From contig CM035359.1 in the NCBI GenBank assembly GCA_020137815.1, positions 5,952,001 to 6,016,000 of the forward strand: a stretch of DNA of 64,000 nt, read 5' to 3'. This document shows, one piece after another, positions 1 through 12,100 of this stretch (positions are counted from its first letter, which is position 1; the number at the start of each line of letters is the position of its first letter). Source of the DNA: Hormiphora californensis (taxonomy: Eukaryota; Animalia; Ctenophora). Under the pieces are notes generated by a model that had not been told where the DNA came from, did not search any database, and worked only from the letters and a program-made list of their open reading frames with translations. The position numbers and the translations under genes are program-made.

Positions 1-1679
1 AGTTTGGTTACGAAATATTAAAGGGGTTATTTCGTAACCATCGCAGATTATGAAATGAAATCCAGTCTGAGCTACACAAGGTTCACAATCTGAACTTCAG
101 ATAGAGAAATCCCTCACTTATGGGCCCCAGGGCTTCAGTAATATGAAAGGAGTTGGTAATGAAGCAGTGGAACCGTGAACCTTGCAGTTGCACCTCTGGG
201 GACATCTTCCAAAGACGTCCCACCGCAAGAGACGAAACATACTGCCGGAAAAGTGACTCAGTGACAACTCTGACACACGTTCTTGGCGTAGCATGACCTC
301 CCGGTTGGTGCATCTGTCCTAAAACTCACCGTAGAACTTGATTAAGCTAAATATTAACGGATTGGAGCATATCCTTATTAGGTAAGGCAATTTATCTTTG
401 CCCTCATGAAGTACATAACACGGAAGGAAGTAAGTACTCTATTCAAATCAACTCATAACAATTTTCTTTGGGTTTTTGCTAACTGAGAGTCGGCCATATT
501 GGATTTGGGTCGAACCAGTGGAAATCGAATGATATTTTTTCCAGAATCATTTGAAATTGGTGCGCGGCTCACTTTAACACATGCGCGTTAGCAATATTAA
601 ATAGTGTGCGCGGCTCTACATTTGCGCGTGCAAAAGTGATCGATTTCCAAAATTGAAAAAAGAGTCATCAAATTCATGTCAAATGCTACTAATTCCCAAA
701 ATTTGGTGATTGTAGGACCTCCGGAACATGGTCAAAATGACTTGGGACAGGATCCTGTACATGCGCGGTGTTCCCTCCTTATCCCTGTTCTGCGCCACGC
801 GCAGCGCGGGATAAGGCAGCGCTTTTCAATTTAAATAAAAGATCTCAAAAAAATCACAAAAAAATCTCACAAAAATGCACAAAAATTTAAATTTAGAAAC
901 TTGCGCGCGCCATATAGGTTGATTTGATAACGCGCGCAAAAAATTGCATGGTATAAATTATTTTGTCGCGTGTTACTGTTCATTTGCGGTAAATACAAAG
1001 TTATTTACCTTTACATTTCAATGTTAGCGCAAAAGTTAAACTCACGAAAAAACACTAACCGTTATTTTCACAATAAAATTCAAAATGAAATACGGCAAAA
1101 AAAAGGCCCCCCCTAGACCACCATAGTTGCCGATGTGGTGGAGAGCTGTAACTTGGCAGGGTTGCTCCACTATGTCTATCTTGATCCTGACAGAAAAATC
1201 AGAGCTCTAGCTCAAAATTCATTTTCATGAACGGAATGAACTTCTCCGTTCCTTCGATATGAGACCCCCTCATCATTCAGAATTTTTTGCCCGTCTTTGG
1301 CTAACGATTATCTTTGTAATGAGAGAGACAGTGGAGGGTTTTCCGACCGTCACTCCTGACATGTGATCCAGGCCCGGTCACGTGGTGAAAAGTGGGTTTG
1401 GGGTGCTGTTAACATGTCTCAATAACGGATTATTGCTCTCATATCCCTTGAATATCCCTCCACAATGCTCTCAAGTCACTTTGTGATGCTGATTGATTGG
1501 GTTCATGTCACCAGTTCTTGTCAAAGTTCTCAAGCGGCCCGTGATACGAGATCATTTCATCAAGGAGGGGCCATCTTGTGTCACTAATCAGCCTATCATC
1601 TCACATTACACTAGCCAAGGGATCTGGGGTATTTAAATCTTCAAATGTTCATCAAAATCATTCCCAATCGTTACTTGCA

Positions 1680-1892
1680 ATGCATTTTACACCCGAACAG
1701 AGGAACTTCATCTGGCTCAAGAAGGAAACCAACACCCTCTACCCCACCATCGAACAGGAGTTCTTTATCAAGTTTGGCCGCCATGCCCCATCCAAGAAGT
1801 CCTGCAGAAAGATCCATCGGACAGTTTCAGACGAGGGCCACTCCAAAAACAACAATCCTGGACGATCCGGAAGGAGGAAGTCTGCTACAGGT
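1680..1892 (+). pseudogene. Truncated Tc1/mariner-type transposase N-terminal HTH region (left arm)
   Basis: MHFTPEQRNFIWLKKE...FIKFGRHAPSKKSCRKIHRTVSDEGHSKNNNPGRSGRRKS resembles the DUF4817-like HTH ending in a GRSGR(P/R) motif. The frame is cut at the palindrome centre. Confidence 0.6.
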
Positions 1893-2129
1893 CAGTACTG
1901 CTGTTGTGGAAGCAGGACCTGTAGCAGACTTCCTCCTTCCGGATCGTCCAGGATTGTTGTTTTTGGAGTGGCCCTCGTCTGAAACTGTCCGATGGATCTT
2001 TCTGCAGGACTTCTTGGATGGGGCATGGCGGCCAAACTTGATAAAGAACTCCTGTTCGATGGTTGGGTAGAGGGTGTTGGTTTCCTTCTTGAGCCAGATG
2101 AAGTTCCTCTGTTCGGGTGTAAAATGCAT
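1893..2129 (-). pseudogene. Truncated Tc1/mariner-type transposase N-terminal HTH region (right arm)
   Basis: Same peptide as the left arm, extended by PASTTAVL before it runs into the antisense of the left arm. Confidence 0.6.
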
Positions 2130-2176
2130 TGCAAGTAACGATTGGGAATGATTTTGATGAACATTTGAAGATTTAA

Positions 2177-3056
2177 CCCTTTGAGACCGATAGGGTCACC
2201 AGTGACCCCACGCTAATTATGCATCTAGCGTCTGTCCGAACTAAATCTAAGAAGTTTAAATGGTTTTCCGGGTTAGAATAGACACTTTTTGGCTGTTTTT
2301 GGGGTCATTTTAAGCTTTGAACATCTTAGTTTACTAGAAATGCCAACTCTAAGCCCTAAAAGTTGAAATTTTGGTGTAAAGTTGGCCATATCTCTAAAAC
2401 GGTATAAGTAAGCCAATAATGGACCTACAAATCAAAAGAAAACCATAGGTTTTACCCCGGTATGAAGTTTCGTGATGATTTGATCAAATTTACAACGCTC
2501 AGAGGGCAAATAATGCCGGGGTCACCAGTGACCCTATCGTCCCCTAACGCTAATATAGAAATTTGGATTTTACGTGCATTTCTAAAGGATTGGCCACCGA
2601 TAAAGGTCTAAAACGGCATTTTTCAAACGGGTGCTAGCGACTAACCGACTCCATCAGTGTTATCTATACATCTTAGAGAGTCGCTGAAAAATTTTTTGAG
2701 ATTCGTGCTCCTTCATAAAAATTTTCATCTCGGCCAATTTGAAATTCTAAAATCGGCTACAGATGAGATACAGAGGTCCATAGGGTGTGTAAAATGTGCA
2801 GAATGGCCGGGTTTATATAAGTGTTATGAAGAAACATAGGGTCTAAGATGAGCGGTTTTCGAGTTATGAGGCAAAATAGCTACGAAATCTCAATTGTTTG
2901 CATTCCATTTGAGACCGATAGGGTCACTGGTGACCCCACAGAAACAAAGTTCGTAGAGACGAGTTTTTTGGTTCTGCTTTCAAGTAGGCTTGTTAGGAGT
3001 GTCTCCAGCAATTTTCAGATATTTCTGTCGATGGCGCCACTATCGGTCCCAAAGGG
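2177..3056. mobile_element. piggyBac-type non-autonomous element (880 bp) inserted in the right arm of the palindrome
   Basis: TTAA at 2173-2176 and 3057-3060. TIRs CCCTTTGAGACCGATAG / CTATCGGTCCCAAAGGG. The left arm shows the empty single-TTAA site. Internal GGGTCACCAGTGACCC repeats. Confidence 0.9.
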
Positions 3057-3340
3057 TTAAATACCCCAGATCCCTTGGCTAGTGTAATGTGAGATGATAG
3101 GCTGATTAGTGACACAAGATGGCCCCTCCTTGGTGAAATGATCTCGTATCACGGGCCGCTTGAGAACTTTGACAAGAACTGGTGACATGAACCCAATCAA
3201 TCAGCATCACAAAGTGACTTGACAGCATTGTGGAGGGATATTCAAGGGATATGAGAGCAATAATCCGTTATTGAGACATGTTAACACTTAACAGCACCCA
3301 AACCCACTTTTCACCACGTGACCGGGCCTGGATCACATGT

Positions 3341-3440
3341 TGGATCCATCGCATCCTATTCTCGCTCCGCGAATAATAGATGTGAGATCGATCTCGGTCG
3401 CTGCGCGACCTCGATCTCACTCAGGCATCAATGTGGCCAA
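3341..3440. mobile_element. 100-bp insertion with 9-10 bp target duplication
   Basis: GATCACATGT at 3331-3340 and 3441-3450. Absent from the left arm. Weak TTGG...CCAA termini if the TSD is read as 9 bp. Confidence 0.75.
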
Positions 3441-3883
3441 GATCACATGTCAGGAGTGACGGTCGGAAAACCCTCCACTGTGTCTCTCCTGGTAATCAGA
3501 TTATGCTCAAATTGGTCTCATTACAAAGATAATCGTTAGCCAAAGACGGGCAAAAAATTCTGAATGATGAGGGGGTCTCATATCGAAGGAACGGAGAAGT
3601 TCATTCCGTTCATGAAAATGAATTTTGAGCTAGAGCTCTGATTTTTCTGTCAGGATCAAGATAGACATAGTGGAGCAACCCTGCCAAGTTACAGCTCTCC
3701 ACCACATCGGCAACTATGGTGGTCTAGGGGGGGCCTTTTTTTTGCCGCACACGGTATATACATATTACTAAAGTTATGAAGTTGCGCTTGCCACCCTTTA
3801 CTTGACCGAAAGTGCTCAACCTGCGTAAATCTCCGTGTTTCATTTCTACTACATATTACTAAAGTCAAATATATTTGCTTATT

Positions 3884-4032
3884 AATTAAGTCCAAAAACC
3901 AATTAAATAAATTAGTTTGGATGCCCGGGCCCATGTGGTGTCACGGGGGTAATACCTTTAGGCTACTGCCATAATTAACGGCATATCTCGTTAAGTTATC
4001 CTTCAATCTTTCTATCTCTATCTATCTCTCTC

Positions 4033-4067
<35 letters not shown>

Positions 4068-4310
4068 CACTATTTCTCTTTCTCTTTCTCTCTCACTGTT
4101 TCTTTCACTATATCTCTCTTTTTTCTCTCTCCTCTTATTTATCTCTCCGTCTTTCTTGATTATATCTCACTCTTTCTATCCTATTTTTCATTGCCTTTAT
4201 CTCTCTCGATATCCATCATTTATGACAGTAGCCTAAAGGTATTACCCCCGTGACACCACATGGGCCCGGGCATCCAAACTAATTTATTTAATTGGTTTTT
4301 GGACTTAATT
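3884..4310. repeat. 91-bp inverted repeat around a CT-rich spacer
   Basis: 3884-3974 is the near-perfect reverse complement of 4220-4310. Confidence 0.85.
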
Positions 4311-4376
4311 TCTATTCTTTTTGGTGTTAAATAGCTATTTTTTCTGATTTCTGCATATTTTCGAACTTGAATAGTT

Positions 4377-4955
4377 CATAAATATGCGAATAACGACTAA
4401 ACGGTGAGAGATACGACTTTTTGTCAGGGGGACCACCCCTCATAAATCGACTATTCTGCGCCGGAATATGTCCATGAAAACGTCCTAGGACCAGCCGAAG
4501 TGGAAATATTAAGAATATGCATTAAATCATGAATCGGTGCATAAATATGCAAATAACGGCTTAACGGTGCCAGATAGAGATTTTTGTTCCGAGTGAGACC
4601 CCCCATAAATCGACTATTTTGCGTCGAAATATGTCCATGAAAATGTTCTAGGATCAGCTGAACTGGAAATATTCAGAATATGCATTAAATCATGAATCGG
4701 TGCATAAATATGCAAATAACGGCTTAACGGTGCGAGATACGACTTTTTGTCCAGGGGACGACCCCCCATAAATCGACTATTTTGCGTCGAAATATGTCCA
4801 TGAAAACGTTCTAGGACCAGCCGAAGTGAAAATATTAAAAATATGCATAAAATCGTAAATAGGTGCATTAATATGCAAATAACGGCTTAACGGTGCGAGA
4901 TAGAGATTTTTGTCTCGAGTAAGACCCCCCATAAATCGACGATTCCGCGTCGAAT
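4377..4955. repeat. 163-bp tandem repeat (~3.5 copies), probably inside a non-autonomous DNA element
   Basis: Anchor ACGGTG recurs at 4401, 4564, 4727 and 4890. Units alternate between two variants. Confidence 0.85.
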
Positions 4956-6163
4956 AAGACCGGTTTCAAGATTCTATGACCTTCCAGTCGTGTCATATCG
5001 CGACCATGAATATTTAATGACTAATTAATGAATAATTAATGAACTGTGGCGATTTCGAAGTTCTCACACAGCTATTACCGAGCGCAATGATGTAAGGAAC
5101 CACTGTTCCAAACGGCAAGTCTCTACTATTTGTGGTTTAGGAGAACACTCAAAGATAAAAAAGCGTCCTCCTCCCCTCCCCCTCCTTACATTTTTGCATT
5201 TTGGGACCCCTCTGGCAAATTTTTACCTAACATCCGATCGTTCTGAAAATTTGCATGCCTCTTCTCCTATATGAGGGCCCTCAGAGTACAAAATTTCAGC
5301 TCTCTACTTCATCTGGAACATGCTTTTTTAAAGCATCAAAAACTCCGAAATCTGCAATGGTATATAGTAGCACTGGCAGGTTTTCATGCGCTTGTGTGTT
5401 ATAGAAGTTTTGCGTGTGCTCTCTCTTTTGTTTTTTGAGTTAGAGGGTATTTCTAAGGTGGGGGCTCTGCCCCCACACCCCCGTTTATGGTGGGGGCTGT
5501 GCCCCCACACCCCCCTTTTGGGCCCGGGGCACTTGCCAGTGCTATGATATAATAATAATAATTCAGAATTCTTCATTATAGTGTAACTGTAATTGTAATT
5601 TACATAAAGTACATGTATAATATATTGCAATTTATATAAATAGTATTGAACTATAAATATAACGAAAGCTTTCGAAATTCCACTCAATCCCTACACAGAC
5701 ACTACACAAATACTATCTCTCTGAAACTAAATGGAAGTGATCACTCTCAGTGTGGAGTGACACGTTTTTAACTAAAACAAACTTAAAAGTCCTACTATCG
5801 AGTATCGACTAGAAATACTCGTATATTACCAGCCTTATCTAATATCTATTAATATAAATAATTATTCATTAGCAACAAGAGAACTATAAACAATTGGATA
5901 TAACTGTCATGTTTGCATTTCATTGTCCATTTCTAGCTCTATAACAATCAGCCTTTCCAAGCTTGGCAATCGGCCAATCGAATCGCCGCGCCATGGCCAG
6001 TATCAAAACCGCCAAACAGTACGTTACTAAGTTACCTTATAAGGTAACAAACTTAACCTCCAATCCATCGTTTTTTCACATAACTTACTCTCCTTTTTAA
6101 TCTTAATTTCTCAAATGTAATTCAGCGGGTGTAGCTATTGAATTAACACTCTCAATACATTGT

Positions 6164-9100
6164 TCACACAACGGAGGGAGACCCGGCAGCAGGGTGTTCC
6201 TGTTCGTAATGCGGTGTGTCAGCAATGGGCGACATCTCAAGTTCACTAGAATCCTCCTCGTACGGGTCGGTACACCACAAACTGTGCAGCACGCCCAGTG
6301 GTATCATTGCAATGGGCCTGTAATTGGAAGAGACATGATAATAAAATTATGATCAGTCAGTTCCTGATAATAAGAATGAAAATACGGGGGTCGGGGATGG
6401 GGCCCCAGTTATATGGTTTTTGAATATTAAAAGTGGCATATTGGATGAAATTGACGGAGCTAGGGACTACATTTTGTATGTTGTTGTTGTTGTTGTATGC
6501 GCCTCCGCTTCCAATCCTCTACTTGTGATTTTATCCCGTCCGACAGCCAGTTCCTCACGCCCGAGAAGGACGGAGCTCAGGTTCCAGAGTTTCCTCTTTC
6601 CCCCGGGAGAGTTTTCTTCCTCCGTCTTATGTCCATGGTTTTGGAGATAAGGGTGGAATCGTCTCCCATAACTATCTTAACAGGTCCCAAGAAGAGGACC
6701 GCACCAGCACTGTTTTCACATTGTGCCAGTCTCGGATATCTCCAGCGACCCTTGGTGAGTGGCATCTCAGCATTGATCGCTCTAGATGTGGCCTTGGCTA
6801 GGACAATTCGGACGCTCCATTGACTATGGCACCTTTGTAGATTTTGCGCTGCCAACCTCTGATTTGTAATCAGTACTCCATGTGGGTTCATGGAACATCA
6901 CTTTTTGTTCGTGATGCAGATGCAGCGTCCGGCCGTTCATGGGGTAGTTAGGGCAGGTTCCTTCCCAATTAACGGAACTCTGGCGTGTGAAATGTTTAGT
7001 GGGTTAGGTATCTATGTGCGTCACTCATAGAAATTTGTTTTGTAGCATGGGATAGTGGTTTGTTCTGTTTGTTGATCAGGTTTTTGTGGAGGCTTGTTTG
7101 TTGGTAGAAAAGGATGATGTTGGTTTGTTACCTTCATCGTTTGGGGGGTAATCGCCATTTGGGAATATCCTACGCTTCTCATGGACTTTTGAAGAAGCGT
7201 AGGTAGTAGCGAGGCTACTGGTTAGTGTAGTTTCTCCCTGTTGGGCTACGGAAACACCCCTTGAGTTTATCTCGACCTCGGCGTGGGAATTTTGCCGAGA
7301 GTCGGTGGTAGCTAACCAGTTATGACCTAGCTTGTTAGACCTTTTATACCTGTCCAGAGGCTAGGTGGACAGAAGGTAGAGGGAGGCCAGTTGAGATTAG
7401 ACCTCCTCCAGCCTGGACTTTTGCTGGAGGACGGGTTTTGGCCGGTATTTAGCCATCTACTTTGGCCCAGTGCACAAGGCTGGGGAGATGGTGTAATACC
7501 GGCCGGGGGTATCTCTATTCAGAGAGAGATGAGTCATGAGCGGATTAGAGAAAGGAAGAGAGAAAAACACACCACCCAAGGAGGGCAGCTCTGTTTCCTT
7601 GGAGTGGTATGTGAGATGCTCCAGGCAGTTCAAGAGCTTCATGGTTTACCCCGGGGTATGCCGGGTCACCCCTGAAGATTCCCTGTCTGGTCTGTAGGAC
7701 ACTATTGCTATCTAAAAAATAGACATTAGCCGCGGCCTGCATCTCAAGGGCGTGGGAAGGAATCTCACCCTCCACATTTTGTATAAACTTTGTTTTTTCG
7801 ATGCACTTACGTGAAAAGTAGGAATATTCCCCCGATAAGGGCAGGGGTGGGAAGAAGGGAGTTCCTTGTCCAAGTTAGGATGGCATCAGTTCCGTTCGTT
7901 GTGTATTCGTACTCTTTCTAGTCAATGGAAAATGGTACAGGTCAGTCAAACTATAAACGATAATGTGTATAACTGAGCTGTAACTTAGTTAGAAGTTACT
8001 AAGTCTGTTTTACCAAGTCACAAGTGTGTACTTTGGTGACATGGACATATTTGCGAGATCGAAGTCTCCTGCGACTGAGATCGATTCCACACTTCTGCAG
8101 TTTCCACTTACCCCCACTCTGTCTTCAGGGCACCCTATGAACTGCTCGTAACTCCGGTTCTGCAGTTGGCTGTAAATGGAGAGACACGCAATGATAACCA
8201 GACAGACGGGTGAGATAACCAGCCAGCAGATCTGCCAGTACCATCCGATACGGTATCCTGTCGCCTCGTACACCTCACTGGTGAATCTGGTAGGGGAAAT
8301 TGGTTGAAACAACCAACAAATCCAACAACAAATCAGTATAATAACTGATGTTAATAACATACATAACAACATTTGCCAAGCTAGACTGCCATTCGCAAAA
8401 AAATAAAATAAAAAGGGGTTAAACAAATCAAAACAACATCTGTCTGGCGGTGCCCCGACAGTGCGTTCAGATGGGGTCGACGGCGCCAGACAGAACAACA
8501 TTACTATACATCTACCTGTGAATCCCATAGAACCACATGATTGCAACTATCTCTCCCAGAGCAACCACCAAGAGAGGAATGGAGACTGCCCATCCATCGA
8601 TCAGGTTGATCATGTAGACTCCACCGCTAGTGGCAGTGGGCAGGGCCAGCAGAAACATAGTGAAACACACAAACGCTGCGGAGGGATCGGTGTGAGGGAA
8701 GGGAGGGGAGGTGTAAGGGGGAGGAATATTTTGGGAGAGGAGAGATTTGATGGGGAGGAACTAAATATAACTAAAAATAACGTCCCCAGCTTGGTCCAGG
8801 AGTCAGCTGACCGAGCTGTGGACCAATCATGGTCATCTTACCATTAAAGACATGTTTCTTGACACGTCTCACAAAGGGCAGTTCCTCCCTCAGTTGATGC
8901 AGGAGACTCTCCATGAGACCAAAGAGACTGTCCACACCAAGGAGCAATAACATACTGAGAGATAAGCACGAAGTTACACAACTGTAATACAGTCTGTAAT
9001 ACAGTCTGTATTATGTGAACTAATACTGAGATAAGAGATATGTAGGAAATGGTGGTAAGCGTTTGGGATTAAAGTATTTTTAGTACTGTTATAGTTATAG

Positions 9101-12100
9101 TACTGTAGTTAGTACTGTATGTGTCACCTGTAGAATAGAACGGCCCAAAGAGGTGAAATGTGCATGTTGGCGACAGCCTCCGCAATCGCTACAAACGCTA
9201 GTCCTGGCCCATTCTCCATCTAGTTAGGAATATTAGATGTATTAGGTTGTCCAGTAAAGATTTTCGTTTCGCTTTTATGGGAAACTGTTTTTGAGATAGA
9301 GCAAAATGGACTTCACCACCGTTTTTCTTAAGCGATTTTGGATAGGAATATCATGCCTGATATCGGTATATGGCTGTTCTCGGTTCACACCAGGCTATTT
9401 TCTCTACCCCACTCTTGTTGCTGCTGTACGGGGTTACTTCGCGATTTTCAAGTTTTAGTACTAAAGCTGCTGTACTTCTTCAAAATGGTACCGGAGTGAT
9501 GTTTTGTTGCATCAAGCTTGTTCATTGGACAATTACCTACTGTTCAAGATGTAATAAAACATCTTATCTTTAATTTGACACTGAGCAATGGGCCTCCAAA
9601 AAAATTGGTAAAAATTAGAAACTTTCACTTCCGGGTCTCATCAGGATTGGCTTATAATAAAAAAAACTCTACAGTGAAAGATAGTTCTAAGTAAGTTCTA
9701 AGACATAGTAAAGCCAATTATTTGATTGGTTGACTTTTAAAGTGAATAATAGACGTTTTCGAACATGTACCCCAAAACGGGCCAGTTTTTATGTGTGTTT
9801 GTCGCTTTTTATGTTACATTTACTGTTCTAGTGGTTACTAGCGAACGCGTAGAGACCCAAATCGCATATAAATTTCATCCTCAGACGATTTGCTATCGAT
9901 TAAGCACCATAGGAGCTAAAAAGACGTACCAGTTTTCTTCGGGCGGCGTTTAAAAAACTTAAGTAACCCCGAACAGCGGCAACAAGAGTGGGGTAGAGAA
10001 AATAGCCTGATGGAACCCCAGAATAGCCATATACCAATATCAGGCATGATATTCCGATCCAAAATCGCGTGAGAAAAACGGTGGTGAAGTCCATTTTGTT
10101 CTATCTCAAACCATTTTCCCATAAAAGCTAAACGAAAATCTTTACTGGACAACCTAATATAAGTGGGGGCAAGGAGTTCACGGGGATGTAAGAGAGGTTG
10201 GCACAACGTGTTTCTATACTTTTGATGGAGCTAATATTTAAAAAGAGTTTCACTTTTGTAAATTTTGAACTCCAGAACAAACTAATAACTAACTAATAAC
10301 ATAACAAATAATGACATTCCAGGTGTCATGTACCTTACTGATTTCAACATGCGTCATTGCCTGTCTGTAGCCGATAATACTGAATATCACAAAACCTCCC
10401 AGGATAGAGGTAGAGCAGTTGACCACCGTAATAATAATACTGACAGGAATATGTGTTAATTGAGTGTAAATAGTTGGAATTAATTAGTTAGCTAATCATA
10501 ATCCCCTCCCTAATCCCTGTAACACTTGTTATGTTCTAAGACTTCTAACCCTCCTCGCGAAATGGGGGTCGAGCTAGGCTTGATCTAACACTCTATGGTA
10601 GGGAGATGATATATTATTTGGGGAATACTGTATTTCCCAAATCTCTCTCATATCATCTCTCTCATATCATCTCCCTGTATTTCCATGTATATATCAGCTC
10701 ACATTGTACGATGTACAATGTACATAGCAGCTCACCTATCCCTGATAATGTTATCACAGTTCTTGGTGAAGGAAGCAAAGGAGACGATGGCTCCAAATCC
10801 AATACCCAGAGAGTAGAAGATCTGGGAGGCTGCCGCAGACCAGACACGCACATCTAGCAGCTGTTTGGGCTGCGCAGGGGAGGGGGAATTAGGGTAGAGA
10901 CAAAATAGCTATACTATATAATAATATAATTTTATCTGACCATCTGTAGTTCAAATTTCACAACCTATTCCGTAATCATAGCAACAATGATGTATTTTGT
11001 AACCATGGTAACTGCATGGTAACTGCATGGTAACTGCATGGTAACACAACTGTTACCTCAGGTGTAATAAAGTATATGATACCGTCCTTGGCTCCCTCCA
11101 AAGTGACTCCACGGAACAACAAGATAATCAGAACCACGTAGGGGGCAGTTGCGGAGAAATATACCACCTGAAAGAGAAGGGGGGGTTGTTATAGTGAGAT
11201 ATGTTTTAAAAACGTCACAGATCAGAGAGCTATAATGAGGTGATTAAATTTAGGCAGATGTGACTTGAAAAACGGGAATGACCCTCCAGTCTCCCCTCTC
11301 CTGACTTACTTTTCCCATAGTAGCGATATACCCCTCCCTGCAACCCCCATCCACCCCTAAATCTAATCCATCTCCCCAGCTGACTTACTTTTCCCGTAGT
11401 TACGATATACACAAACCCCTCCCTGCAACCCCCATCCACCCCTAATCCATGTCCCCAGCTAACTTACTTTTCCCATAGTAGCGATATACCCCTCCCTGCA
11501 ACCCCATCCACCCCTAAATCTAATCCATGTCCCCAGCTGACTTACTTTTCCCGTTGTAGCGATACCCCGAGCAATACAAACGAAGATGGTCACCCATGCA
11601 ATAACTAGACATATAACGAGAGTTGGGTTAAAAGTCCCAATATCCTCAATGTTGTCACTTATCCCAAGATGCTCATAATACCTGTGAAAGAATACAGGAT
11701 TAATTGGGTCATTTGTTTCTTGAGAAAATGGAGCAGCTTAAAATTGAATTAGTGAACTCGCAATCTCTCTCTCTCTACAGGGTGTCCCATATATTCTGTG
11801 GGTCGGTTGGCGAGCTGTCACGCAAAAACGGTGATAGTTATTAGTTGTGTGAAAAGAAGCATTATCTTACCAGTAAAACTGTGTCTTGTCTGTTTCACAG
11901 CAGGTGTGGTTTGTTGTACAGGGTGCAGCCCAGGGCAATGGATCGACAAATGACTCGAATAAGTATCTGCAGGGGGGGATGGATGACAAATAATGAAATA
12001 TCAAGTTAGTTCCGGGTGGATGGATTCCTGAATAAACTTATTAGGGATTATATCATTTGTGGTTTAAAGGATGACCTATTAATGATTTTATTTAGGCTTC

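Larger units (their letters stand above)
1093..3754. mobile_element. Fold-back (palindromic) Tc1/mariner-derived element: two inverted copies of a transposon 5' end including the transposase N-terminus
   Basis: Left arm 1093-1892 is the reverse complement of the right arm 1916-3747 once insertions are removed, with a ~23-nt spacer. TA lies at both outer ends (1091-1092, 3755-3756). The left terminus lacks about 7 nt relative to the right. Confidence 0.85.

Noticed and set aside
83-313. 76-aa minus-strand ORF at the window start
   Set aside because: No recognisable motif in any frame and the context is cut by the window edge.
1093-3754. Palindrome as an amplification or assembly chimera
   Set aside because: The arms differ by TSD-flanked insertions and small indels, and both outer ends stop at TA, which a read fold-back artefact would not produce.
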